Of a stretch of DNA of 64,000 bases, positions 12,683-26,135 are shown piece by piece. Made by a program: the position numbers and the translations under genes. The DNA comes from Eledone cirrhosa (lineage: Eukaryota), in NCBI GenBank assembly GCA_964016885.1, contig OZ024741.1:277884001-277948000 (forward strand). Direction: 5' to 3'. Below the pieces are notes generated by a model. The model was not told the DNA's origin and searched no databases. It worked only from the letters and a program-made list of their open reading frames with translations. The first letter of the stretch is position 1. Every line of letters begins with the position of its first letter.

Positions 12683-13766
12683 AAAAAATGAGAGTGAATG
12701 TTTGTGTATATATATATATGTATGTATGTGTGTGTGTGTGTATATATGTGCATGTGTATATATATGTGTATGTGTGTTTATATATATATGTGTGTATGTA
12801 TGTATACATATGTGTATGTGTATATATATATATATATATATAATTCATTGCTGTAGCTGTATAGCATAGGACAAGTGTATTGGAACTAGTCATTGATATT
12901 ACATTGTCAATAGAATTTATATAATGTATAAGTCTATGCAGTTATATACAGTACTAAAAAAATAAGAAGTTGGGGAGAACCCCCTCACATTCAATCAGAC
13001 ACCACAACAAAGGGCCACCGAAGTTTCTCCTCTAATAATGTTTGAGGCAAGCCAACACATCCACAGCATTGCTTTGGAATTTTGATATTATTTATTTTAA
13101 GAACAATACCTTAACATCAGTATGAGTGGCCAGTTTGAATAGAAAGAGGTGGAAGAATTTTGACCGGATACAGCCGGTTTAAATGCTAAAGGGTTAACAC
13201 AAATAGACAGAATATTTGATCACATTTGTGTGGTTAGGGATGTGCATGTATGAATGTGGACATGCATGTATATGTAGGTGTATATATGGATATGTATGCA
13301 CATGTGTACGTATGAATGTGGGCTTGCATGTGTATGTATGAATGTGGGTATATATGTGTATGCATGGATGTTTTATTAGTTTGTACCAGCTCTACCCTTA
13401 CTCACCCTCTCTTCTCATGCACCCATGTCTTGTCTTTTCTACTCTACTCTGTGTTAATATAGCCTGTCTTTCAGCCACACAACGCATCACTGGTTTTGGT
13501 TCTTCTGGTCAAGGTTATTTACCAAAGTATGTGTGCAATATATCCAGTTATACATGGATATATTGCACATATACAATATATATGGCAATAACTGTTTGTG
13601 ACTACCACACCAAGGTCTCATCTAAATAAGATTTATAGAAGTAAGGAACTGGCAATTCCTTAAGGGGAAAGAAATAGAGCTAATACTGTTAGAGTCTCTT
13701 TTTATCAATGTACCTTCTCTATTTGCTGTATTGGCTAATTTATTATAATTATGGTTTAGTTCTGTG

Positions 13767-13827
<61 letters not shown>

Positions 13828-13986
13828 TTATATAATCCTTATCAAGCCCTCTTCGGATTTTAGTCTTCACATTTGTTATTACTATATATATACATATATA
13901 TATATATGCACATATATATATATATATATACACGTATATATATATATGATGATGATATATATATACGTGTATATATATATATATAT

Positions 13987-14250
13987 CATCATCACCGTTT
14001 TACATCCGTTCTTCCACGCTAGCATGGGTTAGATGGGTTCTGTTGTGGGCAGTGTCCGGTCGGCTGACCTTGTCTTGCTCATACGGGAACTGATTCTGGT
14101 TTGATTTCTACAGCTGGATGCCCTTCCTAACACCAACTTCATTTACAGTGAGTGCTGGGTGCTTTTTTTCCGTGGCGCCTACACGTCCACTTTACAGTGT
14201 GGGCTGGGTGCTTTTTTGCCGTGGCACCTCCACGACCACTTTGCAGAGGG
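13987..14250 (-). mobile_element. SINE with an RTE-derived 3' end and (TGA)n tail
   Basis: Near-identical inverted counterpart at ~33745-33965 (+); 3' end 'acccatgctagcgtggaa…cggatgtaaaacggtgatgatgat' resembles the 3' end of the LINE at 17545. Confidence 0.75.
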
Positions 14251-14279
14251 AGGGTGTGGGGGCATATTGTCTATGCACG

Positions 14280-14315
<36 letters not shown>

Positions 14316-14901
14316 TAGAGAGGCACAACTGATTTCCTTTAATTTTCAATAAAGCAGCAAAAACATCTGTATATAATTTAGTAATTTTTTATTTTTCTGG
14401 GTTCAGTCTCTGTGTGTGGCACCTTGGAGGTGGGTGGTTAGTGTCTTCTATAGCCTTGAGTTGACCAATGCTTTGTGAGTGGAACGTACAGATGTCCATC
14501 GTATTATATATATAGAGATATGTAATGAAAGACCAATCATTTTCAAAAAGCTGATACAATGTGGTAGAAAAATGGCAAATGATGACAAATAAAACAGAAC
14601 AAAGTAATTTTTTTCCCCAGTTTATTTCCACATGATATTTCAGAGCTAATACCCTCTTTTCAAATGTGGCGCTGAAACAATTCAAAACGACAGACGGTCA
14701 GTGAGTTTTTCTAGCCTGCTACGTGTTTGAAATACAGAATAAAAGCACTATCTAAGGTTTAAAAGCCCAATTTTGACCATCTCCCCAGGTTGTAAAAGCA
14801 ATCAAATCTGTGACCTAGTCGTCAGGAGATTGGCTGATAGTTTACTACATATCTATATATATTAAAACAAAAATGTCTATCTTTATGCTGGCGATGCATT
14901 G

Positions 14902-16956
14902 AGTAACGAAGTGGAACAGCAAGAGGGGAACGCGCTCGGGGCGGCGATGGTTGAGGTGGCCGGAGAGCATCTCGGGTCGACCCAAAGACGCCATCGGCAC
15001 TGGATCTCCGGCGGCACTCTTGAACTTGCGGAGAGGGCAAAAGTGGCCCGACTTGAGGGTGCACCCAATCTTCGAGATCTCCAACATCACACGTCTCGGG
15101 CTATTCGGGCCGATCGGAATGCACACTGGCGCGAATTTGCGGAGCAGACGGAGAGGGCAGCAGCCTGTGGTGACTCGCGCAAGCTCTACCAACTGGTGAA
15201 GCAGGCCAGCCGAAGCAGTATGGGTATCAGCGAGTTATCCATGATCAGAACGGGGCGGCCATTACCAATCTTAATGACCGGCTAGTCCGATGGTGGGACC
15301 ATTTCTCCAAGCTGCTCAACCACCACTCACGCCAACCTACGTGCAGCCTTCCGGAGAGGAATACGGGTGCAGCACTGTCCCTCCAACGGTAGAGGAGGTA
15401 CGTGGTGTCCTGACACATCTCCGGAACAACAAGGCGCCGGGCGAAGATGGCGTTCCAGCTGAGGTCTACAAGGCCGAGCCTGATGTCTTCGCAGCTTGGC
15501 TCCATCGAGTCTTCTCGGTGTGGGCGATGGAGTGGTTCCATGGTGACTGGAGCGAGGCAATTCTCCTACCCTTCTTCAAAAAGGACGACAGGAAACTGTG
15601 TTCCAACTACAGGGGTATCAGTTTAATTGACGTTGCTGCCAAAACCACACTTCTTCTGCTGAAGAGGTTCCAGGCCATCCGTGATTTCCGTACCCGACCT
15701 CAGGGCGGCTTCCATCCGGGGAGGAGGTGCGTTGATCAAATCTTCATTCTCCGGCATGTCCTGGAACAACAGTGGGCACATCAACAGCCTACCGTCCTCT
15801 GCTTCATCGACTTTGCACTGCCTTCGACTCGGTAGATCGGGAAGCCCTATGGCGTATAATGCAGGCGGACGGCATCCCAGTGAAGCTGCTTCGTCTCATA
15901 CAAGGCTACTACCGGTCGACTTGGGCTCGAGTGAAGGTCTATGGTGGGGAGACGGAGTCGTTCGATGTTGGGACCGGTGTTCGGCAGGGGTGTGCGTTAT
16001 CGCCAACTCTCTTTAACTATGCCATCGACTACACTGAACACAGCGCTCCGGGATTACCCGGGCGTGGAGGTCAGGAGAGGGGTCGTGGTGACGGACCTGG
16101 CCTATGCGGATGACATCATGCTGATGGGCGCTAACGGGACAGATGTACAAGGAGTTCTCGAAAGGGTGCACACTGCAGCTGCCGCTGTTGATCTACGAAT
16201 CAATGCCGCCAAGTCGAAAGTCATGACGTCACTGGTCTCGCCTGATGCCTGGCAGCTAATATCTCTCGAGGGCGTGGACCTGGAGGATGTGGAGTCCTTC
16301 GTTTACCTGGGCTCAACAGTGGTTCCAACGGGACAGGGCGCAGCCGAGGTCAAGCGTTGCATAGGTGCTGCCAGATCCACTTTGAGGCGCCTCCAGTGGT
16401 GTCTGTGGGACAGAAGAGAGATCACCTCGGCCACCAAAGGGTGAATCTACCAGGCCGTCGTTCGCACTATCCTCCTCTATGGCTGTGAAATATGGCCTAT
16501 GAGGGTAGTCGATCAACGACGGCTGGAGGTCTTCGACAATGACTGTCTCCGACGCGTTGATCGGGTACCTACCACCAGTCTTCGTCTTCGCCTGAATCTT
16601 CGACCCCTTCCTTCAATGCTTCTGCAACAGCGCTTGATATGGTTTGGTCATGCAGTCCGGCGCCCTGAGGGTGAACTGATCCACGATGTTGACCCACCTC
16701 CACTCCCTAACTGGCACAAGCGCGTTGGTGGGCAGCTGAAGACCTGGGCAACAACGATCAAGCAGGACCTCTCCGAACTCTCAGGTCTGCAGGTGGTCGG
16801 CCTGCACCGATGGAACCGTGACTGGCTCGCTATCTCCAGTGACCTAGCCCGGGACCGTCGTGCGTGGGCTGCCATGGTTTAGGATGCCGTCAGGACAAGG
16901 GAAGAAGCTGGCTCAACCTGTCCAGGGTGAATGTCGACACAAGTACAAGTAAGTAA
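14902..16956 (+). mobile_element. 5'-truncated GC-rich RTE-clade LINE with frameshifted RT
   Basis: Motifs KAPGEDG, NYRGISL, FIDF..AFDSVDR, GVRQGCALSPTLFN, LAYADD, FVYLGS; tail CAAGTACAAGTAAGTAA; 9-bp TSD GATGCATTG at 14893-14901 and 16957-16965. Confidence 0.92.
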
Positions 16957-17544
16957 GATGCATTGCCGCAGTTTCCATCCAGTTTTGTTCAAATTATACA
17001 CAGGTTATTTAGCTCCCAGAGCATGTCAACATATAGTTTAAATCTTGCTCTTCTCTAAAATAGCAGAGATTTGGGGCTATTTAAAGGCGGCCTTATTGAT
17101 GAGAAGGTGGGTGGGGGGCTTTATTTACAGTGGTGAAAGGTGTGCTCGGCAGTGGCAAGCTCTTTTGCTAGTATATATATGAATATATGGTGGTTGAGAA
17201 TCAGCATGCAGGAGTTTTAACAAGAAAAACAATTTAACCTAATAACAAACGTTTTGATAATCCAATACGGAGAAAGTAAGCTTTGCTAAACATCAGTTTT
17301 TGTACATGTTATAAAGATCCTTTATATATATACCGGGTGCACTTTTTGAACCCTTTTTTTTACCATTCTCATATATATATGTGTTTATGTCCCATAACTT
17401 AGCGGTTCAACAGAGAACATCAATAAAATAAATACCAGACTTGAAAAAATGAATACTAGGGTTGATATGATCAACTGAATCAAGGCGGAGCCCTAACATG
17501 GCTGCAGTCTTGACTGAAACAAGGAAAAGAATAAAAGTGATACA

Positions 17545-20482
17545 ATCATCATCATCATCATCATCATCATTTTACGTCCACTTTTCCCTGCTTGCAAGGG
17601 TGGGACGGGTCTTATTCAGCACAGCATCTCTCCACTCGTCACGGTCCCTCGTCATCTCCACCGTGAGCTTCAATGATCTGAGGTCTGTTCTCACCACCTC
17701 CGCCCATGTTTTTTGTGGTCTACCTCTACTACGTCTTCCTTCAACTGGCAATTCCTGGCACTTCTTCACCCATTGGTCATCCTCCATGCGTATCACATAT
17801 CCATACCACCTCAGTCTCCTCTCCCGTACACTACATTCTATCCCTCTCAGACACAGTTTCTCTCTCAACACATTTATGCTGGGTCGTTTACGCACATTTA
17901 CACTGCACATCCAACGGAGCATGCTTGCCTCATTTCTCTCCAGTCGTCGCATATCCTCTGCAGTTGCTGCCCATGTCTCACTACCATGCAGCATCGCGCT
18001 CCTCATACAACCGGCCTTTCGTACACAGGGAGAAACCCTTCTTCGTCAACAGAGGAAGCAGCTCCCTAAACTTCTTCCAACCCGTCCTTATTCTAGATAC
18101 TATGGCCTCGGAACACCCTCCTCCCATGCTAATCTGATCTCCTAGGTACCGGAAGCTATCCACCACTTCTATAGCGCCCTCTTGCATTTGAAAAATGTGT
18201 CTATCAGTGCGACTTCTACTGTCTAATTTCCCTGTACATCTACTGCATACATATTTCTCCCTACCTGTTAGTTTGCCTGCTATCCCGCTACATCTCTTGT
18301 GTACCCAGGATCTGCATTGTGTGCATTTTATAGAATTTATGCCAGTTCCTTTTCTGCATATCGAACATGGCCATTTCCCTGACGGAATCAGAGTTTTGTC
18401 CTCTTTTCTACTCATCAACACTTTTGTCTTAGCTAGATTCACTCTCAGTCCTCTTGCTTCCAACTGCTGTTTCCATAGCCAGAATTTATTCTCTAGCTCC
18501 TCTACTGATTCTGCTATAAGAACCAGATCGTCAGCATAGAGAAGTTCCCATGGACAGCCAGTCTTAAACTCCTCTGTTATGGCTTGGAGGACTATAATGA
18601 ACAAGAGCGGGCTGAGGACCGAACCCTGATGTACTCCTACTTGTATCTGGAATTCCTCACTAAACTCCATTCCTACCCTGACTTTACTGAGAGTACCTCT
18701 GTACAAAGTTTGCACTGTCCTCACAAGCCATTCCTCAACACCTAGCTTCCTTAGGGACCACCAGATGACAGATCGGGGTACCCTATCAAAGGCCTTCTCT
18801 AGGTCAACAAAGGCTAAGTATAGTGGCTTATTCTTCTCTTAGAACCTCTCTTGCAATTGTCTCACCAAGAAGAGGGCATCTGTTGTACTCTTCCCAGGCA
18901 CAAAACCAAACTGCATCTCATCTAGTTTGACCCTTTCTCTAATTAGTTGTGCTAAAATCCTTTCTGCCACTTTCATAACCTGATCTATCAGTTTTATACC
19001 CCTATAATTGCTCCTCTCCAAAGCATCCCCTTTACCTTTGTAGTAATTTATGAGAATACTGCTGCACCAGTCTTTGGGTATGACACCACCATATATAGCC
19101 TGATTGATGATGCGTGCAACCAATTTAGTGCCTACGTCCCCTGATGCCTTCAGCATCTCAGCAACTATTCCCGATGGTCCGGCAGCCTTACCATTTTTCA
19201 TTTCCCTAATCGCCTCTTGGACCCTATATTCATCAATCTCAATAGCTGGTCCCTCTGTCGGATCCACCAAGGGTAATTTCTCTCTCTCTCCCATTCGTTC
19301 TCCACATTCATCAGTCTCTCATAATGACATTTCCAGGCCTCCTTTTTCTGATCATTCGTGACACTAAGTACACCGGCATCATCCCGGACACACTTATCTC
19401 CAACAACATCCTGATTTGCATTGACACACTGCCTTGCAATGTGGAACACCGCACGCCTCTGATCTTCCCGTCGCAGAACATTGGCAAACCTCCTACTCTC
19501 TGCCTCCCTGCGTGCTAAGTACACCTGACGTCTAGCTTCTCTTTTAGTGGCTGTATATTCTTCCCTACTTCCTCCCTTTTTTCCAAGCCTTCCATGCTAG
19601 TCTTTTGTCTCTAATAGCCTTAGCTACTGTGCTGTTCCACCACCAGGTCACTCTCTGTCTGGTTGGAGCTCTGCTCCAGTCATAGGTTTCATCAGTAGCC
19701 TGCAGCAAGTTGTCACGTAAGAAATTCCAGTTATTATCTATGTCATACGTCTCTAAATCGTCTTCTTTTTCGTCATATACATCTTGAAGGGCTTTCCTAA
19801 ATTTGTATTTTAGTGAAAGGTCTTTTAGCTTCCAGACCTTTCTTCTCCACACCTTCCTATATGTCTCATTCCATCTCTTGCTTACTGAGATATCACTAAC
19901 AACTAACCTATGCTGTGGGGTACATTCTTCCCCAGGGTATGCCTTGGTATTAGACACTATCTGCCTGTCCCGCTGCCTAACTAGCAGGAAGTCAATCTGG
20001 CTTATGTGCTCACCAGATTTGTAGGTTATTAGGTGATTGGCAGGTTTCTGGAAGTTTGTGTTGCAAATAGTCAATGTACCCGCATCACAAAATTCAAGAA
20101 GTCTCACTCCTTCTTCATTTCTTGAACCGTAACCGTGCCCACCATGTACCCCAGTGTAACCATCCTGGAGCTGTCCAACATGACCATTGAAGTCTCCTGC
20201 TAGCATAACAATGTCTCCGTCCTCTGTCATTGCGGTTGTTTGCAAAAGTTGCTCATAAAAGCAGTCTTTCTCATCTTTGCCTATGCCTGCTTGGGGAGCA
20301 TAGGCCGAGATGATTGTCAGTAGTCTCCTACCTACAACTAATCTAAACTTAATTATTCGATTACTAACTCGAACTACCTCTATTGTCTTATTGATCCATT
20401 TCTCAGCCAGGAAAATGCCTACTCCCCCTAGCCCATCATCCTTACCTACCCAGAATAGCTTATAGCTAAGACGCTTGCCTAC
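17545..20482 (-). mobile_element. RTE-type LINE ORF2 (partial APE endonuclease + RT + PHD-like Cys/His module), 5'-truncated, disrupted
   Basis: SAYAPQ and GDFNGHVG (APE); KAAGPSG, NYRGIKL, QFGF, GVHQGSVLSPLLF, LLYADD (RT); CSIC…CTQC..WVHKRC…CSRC; (TGA)n tail at 17545-17570. Confidence 0.92.
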
Positions 20483-22799
20483 GATAACTATGATAAAAGG
20501 TATTACTAAATTATAAGGTTATGGTCACATGACCTATTCAAGGTCCATTACTGTGACATACAGTTACCTAGTTTTATTGTCTGCTATGTAAACCATTTGC
20601 TCTAACATCATTATTTAACATTTCTTTTCTGTTAGCAAGGGTTGACAGGTTTTCACAGACAAAATCAGTACTCAGGTAGAGCTTATGATATATATATAAT
20701 TGTTTCTACTTTTAGCACAAGGCCTGCAATTATCCCAATGTATTACTGGTACTTTATTTTATCGACCCAGTAAGGATGAAAGGCAAAGTTAACCATGGCG
20801 GGATTTGAACGCAGATCATAAAGGGCCATAACTCTATGCTACAAAGCATGACATACGACCTTCTACCGATACTGCCATACCACCGCCCATAATAAAATTA
20901 GGAAAATTAACAAAGAAGAGAAGAACAAAAACAAGACAATGAAAAAAAGTTTTTTGATGCGGAAACCTTAAAAGAATTTTCTGAAAATAAAGAGAAATAT
21001 GAAAGACACAGAATTCCAAGGTCTTCAGCCGTTGAGATGGACTTTGGCAGTTTCAACCACTACTGATAATACTGCTGGTCCACCCAGGGTCACAGCATCT
21101 GGCACAAGCCAAAGAGCTGATATATATGTATGTGTGCGCTTCTATATTTATAATATATATTATATAAATGTATATATATCAAACTGAAAAAGTATTCTGC
21201 ATAGCTACAATCATGCAAAATAAATTAAAAAAGGTGAGTGAAGACAACCGGAAAACCAACAAAAAACAGGACAGTCCCTTCTCATCAGTTGACTACTGGA
21301 TATCCTCGTGGTTTTGGGTCTTTAAGATTGATACCACTAGTTCCAGTGCACATTGAACAGTAACAAATGGACACAAGACAGGACAGTTGATCGTTCAACT
21401 TTGCTACAAACAAATGTGCTGCAACTGGAAAGGTGTGTGTCTATATTTACATTCACTGTTTGCTTATGTCACATAACTTAGCAGTTAAAAAAAAATATCA
21501 ATGGAATAAGCATCAAATTTGAAAATATATGTACAGGGGTTGATATAATCGACTAAATTCCTTCAAAAAGTGCCCCAGCATGATCACAGTCTATTGATTA
21601 ACAATATAGATATGCAACGGACTTCTGCATACCAAATTTCACTTACAAGGCATTGGTCAACCTGAGACTATAGTAGAAGACACTTCCTGAAGGTGCAACG
21701 CAGTGGGACTGAATTTGAAACCATGTGGTTACAAAGTGAATGTCTTAACCACACAGCCATGCTTTATGATGATTGTTATGTATGTGTCTCTATGGAGTTA
21801 CTCAACCTGTTAGAAATAACAGCTAAATCTTTCTAAAATCACACCCTATTGCCTTGAAAAGGGAGGGGACATGGAGGATGTGTCCTTAGATGCATATGAT
21901 AAGCACAATGTCCAACTAGAATAGAATGCTTTTAATCATAGGTCTTTACCCACTCATTTCTGGCAGGGTTGTAGAGGAAGACTCCTCAAGTAAACCTTCC
22001 AGAAGGTTCTGTTTGGAGAGCTGTCAATCTCCTTGGTGTTGGTACCATGAACAACAGGCTCTACACCCATGCCTAGGTGGTTTATCTCAGTTGGACCACA
22101 CAGACAGAATGCTGAAAGCATTGCCCCAGAGAACTGCCAGCAACACTTAAAGTGCCTTGCTCAAAGATATAATGCATTGCCCAATCCAGGAATTGAACTC
22201 ACAATTGCGAATCCAATTCTCTAGCCAGTCAGCCACGCACCATCTACTCTGCTGATGAGGCATAACAGACTGAAACATATCCATAGTTGTTACTTGCTTT
22301 CAAAATAAATATCAGATTGTTATTTGCCTAAGCACTTAAATTATCTTAAAAATTTAATTCTCAATTACTGGAAATTATCTTCTCTTATCTTTGAAACTTT
22401 TAACCTTCAGCACACTAGTAATTTTTATGAGTTGTCTCCCTTGACACTGCATTATCTATTAAGAGGAGATTACTCATATGGTGCATTTTGTCGTCCGCAG
22501 CATGCTGAAGATTAAACAATTGTCACTTAGTTGTCTTTCTCCAACTAAGAGGTAAATTTCAGTTAATACATATATTTGTATATATATAAATACCTCCTGG
22601 CTCTATCCACCATGACACACGTAATGACCACACAACTTATAGCTTAGCCATTTACTGTTATACCACTATATCTCTTACGACCATACCAGGTAATCAATTA
22701 TACAGGTTACTACCATTTTCACTAGCTCCTCTTTTCTACACAGGCCCTCTCAGCTGCTGCTATGTGTGTATTTATGTACATATATGTGGAAATTCATAT

Positions 22800-23260
22800 A
22801 CATTCTTATATACCCCCTTACATCGGTCAGTTCACACATGCAAGCTCAGTCACGCATCAACACTCTTTCAGCAGCCAGACCATTACAATCTTAAGCTTCT
22901 CCTTCAAATATGTAAAAAACAAGCACGCATATTCACATGTCCTCTCCACACATATATTTATTACCTCCCTTCCTAAACCTCTCTCATGCAGAAGATACCC
23001 CTTGACTAACCACTCTCCAAGATGGCCGACTGACTACACGTGTGTTTTTTTTTCTCCCTCATTTTTTCCTCCTTTTTCCCTGTTCCTTCTTCTTACCACT
23101 CTTTACTTCTTATTTATCTTCTATTTCTAACTCTATCTTCTGATGAAGGACTAGTGTCTGAAACGTTAAGACTCCCTTCCTGCTATTTCAAGCATTAAAC
23201 TAAAATATTTCTTCCATGTACTGTGCCATTTGTTTTGTTACGTCTGTTTACCTTTTATAA
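22800..23260 (+). mobile_element. Penelope-like element relic (degenerate GIY-YIG-like bits plus hammerhead-bearing 3' region)
   Basis: Frames give 'YIGQF' and 'FQQPDH' remnants followed by a minimal hammerhead core at ~23136-23171. Confidence 0.45.
23136..23171 (+). ncRNA. Minimal type I hammerhead ribozyme-like motif (Penelope-type)
   Basis: TCTT-CTGATGA-A-GGAC-TAGT-GTCT-GAAACGTT-AAGA: conserved CUGAUGA and GAAA boxes, stem II GGAC/GTCT, palindromic AACGTT stem III, stem I TCTT/AAGA. Confidence 0.55.
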
Positions 23261-23778
23261 ATATATATATATATATGTTTCGGTCTGAAGAGACTTCCGT
23301 TCTATAAAAATCACAATACCTTCTCCCAGTCATCAGATAAAATTCTATGTCTACCTGTTATGGCTTCATTGCTATAAGATTTGTCTTCTCACTTACTCCC
23401 CAGGCATATATAAACTTAGGAAAATTAACAAAGAGAAGATAAGACAACAAAGGTATTGTGATTTTTATAGCACGGAAGTCCCTTGAGACTGAAACAAAAG
23501 AAAAGAAAAAGGAAGGAAAAAAGGAAAGTAAGATACCGTGTTAAAAATGTAAACCATTGAAATTATTGTGGGGAAAAGGGAGAACCCGGACGTCACAGAT
23601 TAGTTATAATAAACTTAAGAACATTAACAAAAAGACAATACACACACATTATGTATGTATGTATATATTTATGTATGCTTGTACACATACACACACGTGC
23701 GTGTGATACTTCCCCTAGTCTGTCATGGATTACTAGCTCTATACGGACGTTTAAATTGATTAAATTTATATATATATA

Positions 23779-26135
23779 GATCAGGGGAACACGCCAGTCA
23801 GATAGATTATATCCTTACCAGAAGACGTGACAGTGTTGTAAATACTAAATCCCTCTCCCATCATAGCCTCATAGCTAGCGACCTCATAGTCAGGACGAGA
23901 CGTACTCAACAACAGAGGAGGACTACCCTAAGGAGAAGAATATGGAAGTTAAAGGATCCCACAGCCAGTAACAAATTTAAAAGCATATTACTTGATGCAT
24001 TTGACAGTAAGGAAGAGCAATTAGAGATGTACAATATAGAGGAACAGTGGGAATTCCTGAAAGTTAACCTGCTGAAGGCAACAGATGAAATCTGTGACTG
24101 GAGCACACCTATAGGCAGGAGGAGAGTAACGTGGTGGAGGAGTCAATCAAGGCCAAAAAGCAGGCTTGGAAAGTATGGCAGGATGGGGGGAAGTAGAGAA
24201 CATTGTCAAGTGGCTAGGAGACAAGTGTACTTTGCAAGAAGGGAAGCAGAGGAAAGAAAGTTCAAGCATGTTCTACAACGCGAGGACCAAAAACGTGAGG
24301 TGTTCAGGATTGCTAGGCAATGTGTCAAGGAAAACCATGATATTGTTGGGGAGTAGTGTGTCCATAATGATGATGGTGTACTTGCCATCACTGATGCTGA
24401 TAAGAAGGTAGCTTGGAAGTGTTACTATGAGAGGCTACTAAATGAGGAGAATAAATGATGGACCAGCAGTACAAATTGAAGGTAGTATAATAAGTAAGGC
24501 AATCAAAGATATGAAGACAGGCAAGGCAGCTGGGCCTTCAGAGATAGTTGCTGAAATGCTGAAAGCATCTGGAATGGTGGGACACACTATGGTCACCCGA
24601 ATAGTAAACCAAGTCATACAGAACGGGGTCATACCAAATATCTGGTGTAGTAGCATCATCATTAACTGCTACAAGGGTAAAAGAGATGCCCTAGATAGGG
24701 GAAACTATAGAGGCATTAAATTAATTGACCAGATCATGAAGGTCACAGAAAAAGTAATAGTGCAACTAATCAGAGAGCAAATTGGTCTAGACGAAATGCA
24801 GTTTGGGTTTGTGTCAGGTAAAAGTACCACAGACGGCCTTTTCCTTGTACAACAACTACAAGAGAAGTACCTAGCTAAATGTAAACCCCTATACTTAGCT
24901 TTTGTTGACTTGGAGAAAGCATTTGACAGAGTCCCCCCACGCCATTATCTGGTGGGCCCTTAGAAAACTAGGGGTTGATGAATGGCTTGTGAGAGCTATA
25001 CAAGCCATGTATAAAGAAACCGTCAGTAAGGTTAGAATTAACAACGAATATAGTGAAGAATTTAGCGTAAAAGTTGGTGTTCATCAGGGCTCTGTCCTTA
25101 GCCCCCTTCTTCTTATTATTGCCCCTCAGGCTAAAACAGAGGAGTTCAAGACCAGCTGCCCATGGGAACTTCTCTATGCAGATGATCTAACGCTCATAGC
25201 TGAATCGATGGCTGAACTAGAGAAGAAATTCCAAACATGGAAACATGGAAGCATGGCCTAGAATCAAAAGGCCTTAAAATTAACTTGTCTAACACTAAAG
25301 TTCTAGCATATAGGAAGGAAAATAGTGCACAGATCCCCTCTGGGAAATGGCCATGCTCAGTGTGTAGGAAAAAAGTAGGCAGAAATTCCATTTCATGTCC
25401 CAAATGCAAAGTATGGGTGCATAAAAGATGTAGTGGGATCACAAGTAAGCTATCTAAGAACGTAGATTTTATATGTGGCCGGTGCTCAGGTGCAATAAGT
25501 AGCAAGTGCCCACAGAATACTAGCTCTTTCTATCGCCCAGATGGCTCTATAGAAATAGTGGACACCTTCCGTTACCTGGGTGACAAAATCAGCAGTGGTG
25601 GAGGGTGTTCAGAAAGTACAGTAGCCAGAGTCAGCACGGGATGGAAAAAGTTCAGAGAGCTTATACCACTATTGACCAGAAAGGTTTCTCTCTAAAAATG
25701 AAAGGTAGACTGTTTGATGCCTGCATACGAACAGCTATGTTACATAGCAGTGAGACATAGGCATTGTGTGCAGAGGATCTGCACAGACGGGAGAAGAACG
25801 AAGCATGCATGCTCCGCTGAATGTGTAATAGTAATATATGTGAACAGCAAAGCATAAATGAACTAGGTAAGAAATTAGGTGTAAGAGGGATCAGATGCTG
25901 TTTACTCGAGAGAAGACTACGTTGGTATGGTCACGTGATGCACATGAAAGACGACAGCTGTATAAAAAAGTGCAGGGCGATAAAAATTGACGGAAGTTAC
26001 GGAGTAGGCAGACTCAGAAAAACCTGGGACGATTTGATAAATTCCGACCTTACACACTTACACCTCTCTAAGACAATATCACTGGACCGAGATCTTTGGT
26101 GCTACACAGTAATACAGAAGACCCGCCTTGCCTAA
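23779..26135 (+). mobile_element. Second, more decayed copy of the PHD-module RTE-type LINE family
   Basis: KAAGPSE, NYRGIKL, FVDLEKAFDRVP, GVHQGSVLSPLL, LLYADD, CSVC…CPKC.VWVHKRC…CGRC; many stops and frameshifts. A short 3' relic of the family lies at ~45990-46330. Confidence 0.9.

Noticed and set aside
17498-18145. 215-aa plus-strand ORF and other antisense ORFs over LINEs
   Set aside because: Shadow frames of retrotransposon ORF2 with no independent motifs.
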